From Squalus acanthias (taxonomy: Eukaryota): a stretch of DNA of 64,000 bases. How positions within the stretch are numbered: position 1 is the stretch's first letter; every line of letters begins with the position of its first letter. This document shows, piece by piece, positions 1-10,723 of the stretch. Both the position numbers and the translations under genes were made by a program. The notes below the pieces were generated by a model. The model saw nothing but the letters and a program-made list of their open reading frames with translations, searched no databases and was not told where the DNA came from. The stretch lies in assembly GCA_030390025.1 (NCBI GenBank), contig CM059431.1, positions 132,372,001 through 132,436,000 on the forward strand. The letters are read 5' to 3'.

Positions 1-1085
1 CAATGGCTTCTCTTCCCGATCCCGCACTGTCACCTCTGGTGTCCCCCAAGGATCTATCCTTGGCCCCCTCCTATTTCTTGTCTACCTGCTGCCCCTTGGT
101 GACATCATCCGGCAACACAACGTGAGTTTTCACGTGTATGCTGATGATACCCAGCTCTACCTCTCCTCCACCTCTCTCGAACCCTCCACCATCTCGATAT
201 TATCAGACTGCTTGGTTGAGTAGAAATTTCCTCCAATTAAATATCGGGAAGACCGAAGCCATTGTCTTCGGTTCACACCGCAAACTCCATTCCCTTTCCA
301 CTGATTCGATCTCTCTCCACGGCAACTGTCTAAGGCTGACCAAGTCTGTTCCGAACCTTGGTGTCAGATTTGATCACGAATTGAGCTTCCTACCTCATAT
401 CCGTTCTATCATTGAGACTGCCCATTTCCACCTTCATGATATTGCCCGTCTCCGGCCTTACCTCAACTTATCTGCTGCTGAAACTCTCATCAGTGCCTTT
501 ATCACCTCTAGACTTGACTATTCCAATGCACTCCTGGCCGGCCACCCTAGTTCTACCCTCCATAAACTTGAGGTCATCCAAAACTCTGCTGTCCGTGTGC
601 TAACTCGCACTAAGTCCCGTTCACCCATCACCCCTGTGCTTGCTGACCTACATTGGCTCTCAGTTAAGCAACACCTCGATTTAAAAATTCTCATCCTTGT
701 TTTCAAATCCCTCCATTGTCTTGCCCCTCCCTATCTCTGTAATCTCCTCCAGCCCTATAATCCCCCTAGACCTCTGCACTTCGCCTATTCTGGACTTTTG
801 AACATCTCCGATTTTAAATGCTCCACCATTGGCAGTCGTGCCTTCAGCTGCCTAGGTCCTAATCTTTGGAATTCCATCCCTAAATCTCTCCGCCTCTCTA
901 CTTCTCTTTCCTCCTTTAAGACTCTCCTTAAAACCTACCTCTTCGACCAAACTTTTGGTCATCTGCCCTAACATCTCCTTATATGGCTCAGTGTCAATTT
1001 TCTTTTTTGATCACACTCCTGTGAAGCGCCTTGGGACATTTTATTACGTTAAAGGCACTGTATAAATATAATTTGTTGTTGTTGT
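1..1085 (+). mobile_element. L2-type LINE 3' portion
   Basis: [46 protein letters not shown]; (GTT)n tail. Confidence 0.9.
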
Positions 1086-1344
1086 TCTTATGTTCTTAAA
1101 CTGAGTGAAAAAATTCAAATGAGGTCCTGCCATTAAATTCGGCAGGATCTCCGCCTTTCCCGTATTTCCAGGTTTCCCGGCCACTGACAGTCGCCCCCGC
1201 TCCCTACCCGTCTCCCTGTAAATATCGGGGCCTAATAATTTGTCTTCTATTTGAATTATGCCCCTGCTGGCCAATAATGACTTAGTATGGAGAATGTCAG
1301 AGCAGAGAACGGTAGCATAATGTTTATACATCGTTATAGGGAAC

Positions 1345-1771
1345 AGTAGCATAATGGTTATGTTACTGGACTCATAATCCAGAGGCCTTGACTAATGATC
1401 TGGAGACATGAGTTCAAATTCTCACCATGGCAGCTGCGTAATTTAAGTTCAGTTAATTAAATAAATCTGGAATAAAAAGCTAGTATCAGTAATGGTGACC
1501 ATGAAACTACTGGATTGTTGTAAAAACCCATCTGGTTCACTAATGTCCTTTAGGGAAGGAAATCTGCCGTCCTTACCCGGTCTGGCCTGTATGTAGCCAC
1601 AGCAACTGCCCTCTGAGCTGTACCAAACCACTACAAAGAAGTATCACCACACGGACTGCAACGGTTCAAGAAGTTGGCTCACCACCACCTTCTCAATTGC
1701 AATTAGGGATGGGCAATAAATGCTGGCCTTGCCAGCGACGCCCACATCCCGTGAACAAATAAATAAAAAAA
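1345..1771 (+). mobile_element. tRNA-headed SINE-like repeat with LINE-derived 3' end
   Basis: A-box-like TAGCATAATGGT, B-box-like GTTCAAAT; body repeated at 13750-13895; ends GLQRFKKLAHHHLL + A-rich tail. Confidence 0.7.
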
Positions 1772-1838
1772 GAGTAATTTTCTCTTGGCTGGAAGAAGTA
1801 TAATGAAATCATGGGAAAAAATTAATTTTTAAACCTAC

Positions 1839-2040
1839 CTGGTAGTTCAACTGCATATGAGTAGCCAAGCTCACTTGAAGATACAAATAACTGCTCATTG
1901 GTCACAGGTGGGAAAAATGGCACCATGTTAAACTGCCTGTTGTGCCCAATAGGTGCCATCTCCTCAGGCCATGAGCTGATTGAAGGACTATTTTGTTTCA
2001 TCCACTCATCAAAAACAGCATCAGTAAAGGCATGTAGCAC
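1839..2040 (-). CDS. DCT: DCT coding exon 7 (202 bp); exon 8 lies outside the window
   Basis: gtaacag|GTG acceptor, G|gtagg donor; [15 protein letters not shown]...[20 protein letters not shown]...[10 protein letters not shown]. Confidence 0.96.
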
Positions 2041-5000
2041 CTGTTACAATGAAAAGGTAGATAAGAGTGAATAATTCTTCCAATTATAAGGTTGCCTTCA
2101 CTATACCTGTCAATCCACAAGCTTGAAAATCAGGTGCTTAGGCAAAAAGATCAGGGGCAAATAGCAAAAACCATAGACATTTTATAGTATATAAATTAGA
2201 ATGCAGTTTGGAATAGTGCTAGGTAGCTGCATCATACATTTTAGGCTGCAGCTATGCTGCACTACCAGTCTGAAATCAGTAGCTGCAGAGTGTAAACAGC
2301 AGTTGATAAGATCCAAGTTAAGCTGCAGGCTGCCCAGCTGTGACTTGCACTACACTTTTGAACATTATCAAAATGCAATTTAGCATCAAGCCATCTGACG
2401 CAGTGTACTGGCCTCCAGTCTTACATTGAGTTTCTTATGAGCCAGGAAACATTGCCCAGTGTAGAGAGGCCTTGGCCCTGCTCCTTCTGACTTGGCTGGT
2501 GTTGTCAGGGACAGGCAGAGGCTCTGCCCCTTACAAGGCCAACTGGGATTTCCCAACTAAGTATCTGGGTACCAGCTTTTTTTTTTGAGCAGTTTTGCCG
2601 GACTCCCACTTGAGTTACAGCAGGAGTCCTACTGAACTGTCGAGAAAATCCAGCCCTGAAGTGTTCAGTGTCAACGAACAAGTCTTGGGGTAGCTCTGCT
2701 AACAAATCATTCTGTGCTAAAACCAACAAGCTCAAGCCGATTGATTCTAGACTGCCTCCAGAAAAAGAGCTGATTCAAAGTCATAGTTTTGGGTTGTGAT
2801 TGTGACCCATGCTAGCTGTCACTACAGCAGATGAAAAGGCTGAGAATGCAAGAAGTAGAATTCTACTGTCCATCTAATCCTTCTTGGAGAGGTGTGTGTT
2901 TGTGGGAGGGGAGGGGAACATTAGATCTAATTTTGCAGATTTACACTGGAACTAGTTATAAAATATTCAGCTCCTGCTTGTCCTCAATAATTAGCCATTG
3001 CCAATCTTGAATCCTTTATTCATCATGCCCTAACACTGGATGTTCTTGACAAAGATGAGGCAGCAATTATGAATGATTAAAAGCACATTTTAAAAGTCAC
3101 AATGCAATGTAACTTCTCCCAATGACAGAAGGAATAAAACTGAATCAGGTTAGAGTGGGGCATAGATTTTCCAAGTTCAAGCCATTATTGTGGACAGAGA
3201 ATCATGGGCATCCTCGATTTTCCAATATACACTGCCAGTGTGCGAGGTTCCCTACATAATATCTGAAAATGACCCCTACCCCAGAGGCAGGACATGTATA
3301 ACATTTGGACAATGACTTAGGACTGCTCCAATACTTTTTTTTTAATGTTTGTAACACCTGAAAATGGAAGAAACTGCAAAGTTAACAATGCAACAGAATA
3401 TTATCTGCCTATTTGGATACAAATGTTCTTACCCCAGAGATCACAATCCCATTCTTACACTTGAGGTAACATTAAACTTCAACTGCAAACTACAAACAGG
3501 TTAAACACAACCATCATACACAATGGGGTGATTTTGCCCCTGAATGGTATTCAGGCAGCCGGCCACCTAATAGTCCCAACAGGAGGCACGGTCTATTTTG
3601 TGGGCTGGGCATCATTACCATACTGCTAGTGGGCTGTGGATGGAAAGCAGGTACCCTGGGGCATCCCGATGGCTCTGGGGCAGTGCAATATCAGGAGGCC
3701 CGGAGGCTGGCTCAGCTCAGAGAAAGGTAAGTCCAGGGGGAGAGCCCATGAGCACTCCTGCTCCCTACAGCCCCACAAAAGTAAATATAAACTTACCTGC
3801 TGGGCTCCTCTTCAACTGTCCCACCAGATGATACTGGGAGTACTGACCTAAAATGGCAATCGGGGTCCTATGTACATCACAAGACCCTGATTTGCATATT
3901 CAAAGAGTCTACTGCCTGACTCAGGTGGGCGGTCCCGCTGCCCAGCAGTCGGCCCTGGTTAAGATAGGTACAGCAACACTATCAGCAGGAACAGGGCTGT
4001 CAGTCATTTCCCAGCTTTTTTGAGACGCTACCACCTCATTTCTATATGGGGGAGGCCTCAAAATCCCTTCCATTATCTTGTAATATCAGCTTTGATTGAA
4101 GGTATATCCTGGAGGTGGAATTTTGCCATTGTAGCCCTGGCAGAAGGACCTGGCAGTAGCCCAGAAAGAAACAGCAACTCACATCCCATGACTCTTTCAC
4201 CAGCATTTTTAAACACCAGCACAACTGTACACATCTTAAAGAATAGTTAGTGAGTTGGAGGAGATAGCTGTAGAGGAGCAAGTGGTAGGGGCAGAGGAGG
4301 AACAGGAAACTACTTCCTGGACAGCCATATGGCTGTTATATGTGATGAATTTGGACAGCTTTGATACTATTCAATGGAAAAATAGATGAAAATGCTGATC
4401 ATTGCATAATTCACCTGTTTGACATGTGTGAGCAACACATTAGATGGTACTGCAGGTGATCCCTAGGTTCACCTGGAAGGAAGTGATGCTGATGACCTTG
4501 ACTGCCTCCTTGCAGCAGATGGGACAACTCTTCCATTGGCTCCCTACTAACCCAGAATCTGCAGAGGCAGTTGTCCTCAGTCAGTGCCAGGTGGGTGTGT
4601 CAGGCCTTCAGATGTAGTTGGTGGCACAATGACAGGTATGGCTGGTCTGGTTCTGGTGCCCACTGATGTCCCCAACATGCCTTTTGTCTTATACCACTTC
4701 CAGAATGAAATATTATATTTGGGATCTTTGAAATCAATCCCTATCAACTTGACTTGGCTACTGTCGCAGGGCTCTGTAGCTTACACTTAGATGTCCTGTT
4801 TGTATTGCAAGGGCCCCTTTCTATGACCGCCTTTAAAGCTCTTCCTGTGTAGTTGGTCTTGTAAATATTTCAATTAGTTTTAGATTTTTGTTTTTTGTTT
4901 CAACATAAATATTCTCTACATGAGTCTAAATATACATTTTTTTTAAACCAGCACTACATAGGTACCAGAAAACTGGAAATTAAAAAAAGAGAGTTCATTC

Positions 5001-5723
5001 ACACATGGAGCTTCCAGAATGCCCACTCCAGATGGGAAAAGAGAAGGCTTCATTTAAATGTATCTCAACACATTTTAATATTTAAATGAAGCTTACACAT
5101 ACTTTAGACTGACCACAGAGAACAGTGTGAATATTGTATGCTAGGCAAATCATGCAGAGATCATGATCATTTAACTGTATTCTTTTTTTCCACTTAAATG
5201 TTATGGATCATAAAAAGTTCACAAATGCAGATATGTGCACAGATAAGAACAAATTACAATTTGTTTGTAACTCATGGATCATAAACATTCTTAGTTAACC
5301 CATCTCTTTTTTCTATCCTCTATGTAGGTGTACTTGATTCTATTTTGAAAAACTGCAGTATTTAGCAATTCTTTTCAGTCATATGAATCTCCTACCATTT
5401 CAATTCTCACATGCATACCTTAAAGTTTTGAAACTTAAGGACACAGTGGCAAGTTTACAGCACTCCTATAGTAACGTGGTAAAAGTAACAAACAATATTA
5501 CAACCATTAAACAAGTAACAGCATAGTACAAGTGCACTGAGGATACACCCTTAAGGGAGAAAAATCATGCACTGTGAAGTGATCCATTTAATCCCTGCAT
5601 CAAATAACTGAACACAGCAGGACATTTGTTGCCATTGGCAAAGCAGGAATCATATGGTAACTGACGGAGTTATGGTAGGATGGTCAGAGCAGTTCAATTA
5701 TTTTAGGTGAGGTAAAGACATAC

Positions 5724-5862
5724 CACAAAAAGTGGATCGTTTGCTGCCGAGTGTGCAAGAGCACTTGTTCCATTCAAAAAAGAATGGACAAGATTATGAA
5801 GACTCTGCATTCCACCAGTGCCAGTTTCACTTTCTGGTGTATCAAATCCCTCAAGGGCATTT
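5724..5862 (-). CDS. DCT: DCT coding exon 6 (139 bp)
   Basis: tttctttcag|A acceptor, GTG|gtatg donor; NALEGFDTPESETGTGGMQSLHNLVHSFLNGTSALAHSAANDPLFV with two metal-B His. Read by hand. Confidence 0.96.
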
Positions 5863-6958
5863 CTGAAAGAAAAATCAGGTTATTAGTCACAGTATCACAC
5901 GTCTATGCAAAGTCTGACAAATCTATAGGCAGCAGGAATTTCCACTAATTCGAGGAGTGCTTAAATGAGCGATTTAAAATGGGCGAGTTTCCTCAGGAAT
6001 TAGTTTTCATCTCATTAATAAAGGGGGAGAAGAGGAAGAAGGGCTGCGCAAGACAATGGGTCCCACATTACAAAATTGCAGTGGCACAGTAGGTCTTAGT
6101 TTTGCAAATCAAAACCTTGAAAATTGGTTTCAAGCAGCATGCAGCTTTTCATTCCTATCATAAGAAATTTCCATAATGGCATTAATTGAATTCCTACAAT
6201 GCGCCTAACCAATAATAAAGTACTAGGGGTTTAAAGTGAGCTCTGAGTAGAAGATATTAATATTTTGCCAGTCTCGAAAAGCATTCTTGTGCAAATTTTA
6301 TTGAAAGAATCTGAGAATTAGTCTTTCTGAACAAAGCATTGTGCAGAAGTCTAGGGGCTAGCAATTTAGCTGGAGTTGCCAGAATTCTAATCTAAGTAAC
6401 CTATCCCTCACTCACTAATAATTCCTTTTACTTTCACCACTTCAACTTTAATCCTTTCCCTCAGCTGGTCATCTATACTGAAATGATTTCATATTCAAGA
6501 TTCATTGCAACATAACTGTTTTACTATATGATATTTATTCTTGTATATTCAGAAAAATCTTATCTTCGCGGAACACAATCGGAAACAGCCTTAAAACAGG
6601 CATTTCAGAACCACATTACTGACACTTTACCCCTTTGAGCACTGTGCTAGCATCAAAGGATTCAATATTAATATCATGTTTCTGGTTTTTGCAAATGATA
6701 CCAAGCACGTAAAGCCACATCAAATTCCACTGAACATTCAGAAATCAATTCAGGTACATCTGGTTCTCAGTTCTGTACATATTACTGTACAATGCATCCA
6801 TACCTCTTTCTGTAAAGATCTTCAGGGAAGATTTTACTTTTCACTATGCATTGATCAGGTATTAGAAGCTCTTTGTTGAAGCTGTGGTTTTAGGGGTCAT
6901 TATTTATAGACACCATTCATCAACTGTACCACCCCCATCTCCCCCCCACCATTCCCCA

Positions 6959-6980
6959 ACACACACACACACACACACAC
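6959..6980. repeat. (AC)11 microsatellite
   Basis: Read directly. Confidence 0.9.
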
Positions 6981-7850
6981 GAGGGTAAATTTTCAATGAT
7001 TAATACACATGTTCAACACCAAATGGTGGTAGTTACTGATTGGAGAATGGGAAAATGGGAGTGGAGATCCATCATGCCAAATCTCTTCCCATTTTACACA
7101 TCACATGCATTTCTGGTGGGATATTTGAGAGCTGCAAGAAGTTGCTGCCAGAAATATATTGAATATTTCAATATTTAAATTAAGTTCCAATTATGTTATT
7201 TTGACGTTCATGATATTTCCGAATGTCCCTGCGTGAATAACAGTGAGTGATCTAGCCATGTGAGTAAAATGGGTATCCAGGGTTGTTGACTTGTACATAA
7301 AGAGCTATCTAAAAGGTCCAGTAAGAAGATACCTTGAACAATTGTCAAGCCATTTCTGCACCATTTTCTTCTTTTTTCTGTTGTTACTTAGGTTTCTAGG
7401 AGCCTGTACTTTTTAGAAGAAGAATAAAACCAAGAGAGGAATGCCAAGCACCTGTTGGTACTCCCACAACACAATCTATAGCAGAGGTGCATGTACCTCC
7501 ATTTGTTAGAGGAACAGTGCCTGAAAAGGCTGTGATTTACAAGGGATGCTGTGAGATTTATGCCATATTATCCAAACAGGCCTTCAGCTAAATTCGTCCA
7601 CAGCCATGGTATTGTCAATTGTTGTTAACGTCACACAACCATCACATTTCATGCTTCAGCGTTATTATAGGCTGCCAATGTGGAATCAGCAACATAAGTT
7701 GGCTGCAGATGTGTACATCAAGTGACCAATGCGAGTGAGAAATTTTATCCCCTTCCCTGTGGACAATCGACTACAGCATGAAAGGGCTGTGTAATTTAAT
7801 AGTGAGAGGTCGCACAACACCAGGTTATAGTCCAACAGTTTTATTTGAAA

Positions 7851-7893
7851 TCACAAGCTTTCGGAGCTATCGATTTGCTCCTTCCTCAGGTGA
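7851..7893 (-). ncRNA. Mirror hammerhead motif, sense with respect to DCT transcription
   Basis: Exact reverse complement of 13549-13591. Confidence 0.8.
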
Positions 7894-8225
7894 AGTAAAT
7901 TAGATACAGAATCTCCAAAGCATATATAGGTGGAAAACAAAGCATGTGTACTTTACAATTGCAGACCAATAAATTAAATCATCCTGACTATCTGCCAAGG
8001 TGTGATAAAGTTAATTAAGTCAGCCAGGAAGGTACCACATCAAAGACATAGCAAGATACAACTGAGACAATGAGGTGTAGTCGCAGGGGTTCTAACGTGT
8101 CAAAAGCTGCCGTCTGTATGTAAAACGAAAAGCTTTAACATTTTTTTACTTTTTTACTGGGAAAATTTTTACTTTTTTACTGGGAATCACATCTGTGAAC
8201 AAGCTAACGACGACTCGAGTCCGGA

Positions 8226-10718
8226 TCACGTCATGTATCGTGACATAAACCCAAGATCCCGATTGAGACCGTCTTCATGAGTGCGGAACTTGGCTATCAG
8301 TTTCTGCTCGATGATTTTGCGTTGTCGTGTGTTTCTAAGGTTGCCTTGGAGAACGCTTACCCGCAGATCCGAGGCTGAATGTCCTTGACTGCTGAAGTGT
8401 TCCCCGACTGGGAGGTAACAATCCTGCCTGGCGATTGTTGCGCGGTGCTCGTTCATACGTTGTCTCAGTGTCTGCATGGTCTCGCCGATGTACCATGCCG
8501 CGGTGCATTCTTTCCTGCAACGTATGAGGTAGACAACGTTGGCCGAGTCACATGAGTATGTACCATGTACCTGGTGGGTAGTGTCCTCACGTGTGATGGT
8601 GGTATCTGTGTTGATGATCTGGCATGTCTTGCAGAGTTTGCCATGGCAGGGTTGTGTGGTGTCGTGGTCGCTGTTATCCTGAAAGCTGGGTAATTTGCTG
8701 CGAACGATGGTACTTCTGAGGTTAGGCGGCTGTTTGAAGGCAAGTAGTGGAGGCGTGGGGATGGCCTTAGCGAGGTGTTTGTCGTCATCGATGACATGTT
8801 GAAGGCTGCGAAGAACATGGCGTAGTTTCTCCGCTTCGGGGAAGTACTGGACGACGTAGGGTACCCTGTTGGTTGTGTCCCGTGTTTGCCTTCTGAGGAG
8901 GTCTATGTGATTTTTCGCTGTGGCCCGTCGGAACTGTCGATCGATGAGTCGAGCGTCATATCCCGTTCTTACGAGGGCGTTTTTCAGCGTCCGTAGGTGT
9001 CCATCGCGTTCCTCCTCGTCTGAGCAGATCCTGTGTATTCGCAGGGCTTGTCCATAGGGGATGGCTTCTTTAACATGGTTAGGGTGGAAGCTGGAGAAGT
9101 GGAGCATCGTGAGGTTGTCCGTGGGCTTGCGGTAGAGTGAAGTGCTGAGGTGTCCGTCTTTGATGGAGATTCGTGTGTCCAGGAATGAGACTGATTCTGA
9201 GGAGTAGTCCATGGTGAGTTTGATGGTGGGATGGAACATGTTTATGTTATCGTGTAGTCTTTTCAGTGATCCTTCGCCATGGGTCCAAAGGAAGAAAATG
9301 TCGTCGATGTATCTGGTATACAGCGTTGGCTGGAGGTCCTGTGCAGCGAAGAAGTCTTGCTCGAACTTGTGCATGAAGATGTTGGCGTATTGGGGTGCGA
9401 ATTTGGTCCCCATGGCTGTTCCGTGTGTTTGGGTAAAAAAATGGTTGTCGAAGGTGAAGACATTGTGGTCAAGGATGAAGCGGATGAGTTGTAGGATGGC
9501 GTCTGGAGATTGGCTGTTGTTGATGTTGAGTACTGAGGCTGTTGCAGCGATGCCGTCATCGTGGGGGATACTGGTGTAGAGTGCCGATACGTCCATCGTG
9601 GCAAGGAGTGTTCCTGGTTCAACTGGTCCGTGGGTGCTGAGTTTCTGTAAGAAGTCTGTAGTGTCGCGACAGAAGCTGGGGGTTCCCTGTACGATGGGTT
9701 TCAGAATGCCCTCGACGTATCCAGAGAGGTTCTCGCACAGGGTTCCATTGCCTGATACGATAGGACGTCCGGGTGTGTTGGCTTTGTGTATCTTTGGGAG
9801 GCAGTAGAAGTCTCCCACGCGGGGATTACGTGGGATGAGAGCGCGTAGGATGTTTTGAAGGTCTGGATCGAAGGTCTTGATCAGTCTATTGAGTTGGCGG
9901 GTGTGTTCTTTGGTCGGATCTGCGGGTAGCTGTCTGTAGTGTTCCTGGTTGTCCAGTTGTCGGTATGCTTCTTTACAATAGTCCGTTCTGTTCTGTATGA
10001 CGATGGCTCCTCCTTTGTCCGCTGGTTTGATGACAATGTTGCGGTTGGTCTTGAGAGCGTGGATGGCGTTGCGTTGTGCTCGGGTGACATTCTGGACTGT
10101 CTTGTGAGTGCGGCTGATGAATCTGGCGTTGATGCATCTCCTGACAGCTTGAGCATACATGTCAAGCTTGGGGCAGCGACCCTCCGGAGGGGTCCAGTTT
10201 GACTCTTTTTTCTTCGGTTGCTGCACTGCGAGTCCCTCTGTCTGCTGTTCTGGATCATTGATTGTCTCATTGGGTTTGTTGCTGACATCTTGGGATTTGT
10301 GGAAGTATTCCCGGAGCCTCATTCTCCTGATGAATTCCTCCGTGTCTGCCGCGAGGCCGATGGGGTCCATTTTGGTGGTTGGGCAGAACTTGAGCCCTAG
10401 GGCGAGAACTTCGATTTCGTCTGGTTGAAGGGTGTGGTCCGACAGGTTGACGATGGACTTCCCTGTGGTTGCAGCCGTGGTACCGGGGGAGGCTTGGTTG
10501 CTGCTGGTGGTGATGCCGAGTTTCTCAAGCTTCCTGTTCTTGATGCGCATGTAGGCAGCGTAGTTCCGTTGCCTCGTCTGTTTGGTGGTGTCTCGTAACT
10601 GGTCTGCTGTGTCCTGAGCACAGGCTGAGAGCATGGACTCTATCTTGGTTTCGAGGTTGTGGCGTTTGCTGTAGAGCTGGTGTACGAGATGGTTGAGGAG
10701 TGTGCGAGAGGTACGACG
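8226..10718 (-). CDS. Mirror copy of the Penelope RT + GIY-YIG ORF
   Basis: Same protein with three amino-acid differences in the arms (NRTD/NRMD, KNHI/KNRI, PEAE/PGAE). Confidence 0.92.
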   Translation of the reverse strand, partial: RRTSRTLLNHLVHQLYSKRHNLETKIESMLSACAQDTADQLRDTTKQTRQRNYAAYMRIKNRKLEKLGITTSSNQASPGTTAATTGKSIVNLSDHTLQPDEIEVLALGLKFCPTTKMDPIGLAADTEEFIRRMRLREYFHKSQDVSNKPNETINDPEQQTEGLAVQQPKKKESNWTPPEGRCPKLDMYAQAVRRCINARFISRTHKTVQNVTRAQRNAIHALKTNRNIVIKPADKGGAIVIQNRTDYCKEAYRQLDNQEHYRQLPADPTKEHTRQLNRLIKTFDPDLQNILRALIPRNPRVGDFYCLPKIHKANTPGRPIVSGNGTLCENLSGYVEGILKPIVQGTPSFCRDTTDFLQKLSTHGPVEPGTLLATMDVSALYTSIPHDDGIAATASVLNINNSQSPDAILQLIRFILDHNVFTFDNHFFTQTHGTAMGTKFAPQYANIFMHKFEQDFFAAQDLQPTLYTRYIDDIFFLWTHGEGSLKRLHDNINMFHPTIKLTMDYSSESVSFLDTRISIKDGHLSTSLYRKPTDNLTMLHFSSFHPNHVKEAIPYGQALRIHRICSDEEERDGHLRTLKNALVRTGYDARLIDRQFRRATAKNHIDLLRRQTRDTTNRVPYVVQYFPEAEKLRHVLRSLQHVIDDDKHLAKAIPTPPLLAFKQPPNLRSTIVRSKLPSFQDNSDHDTTQPCHGKLCKTCQIINTDTTITREDTTHQVHGTYSCDSANVVYLIRCRKECTAAWYIGETMQTLRQRMNEHRATIARQDCYLPVGEHFSSQGHSASDLRVSVLQGNLRNTRQRKIIEQKLIAKFRTHEDGLNRDLGFMSRYMT

Positions 10719-10723
10719 GCAGA

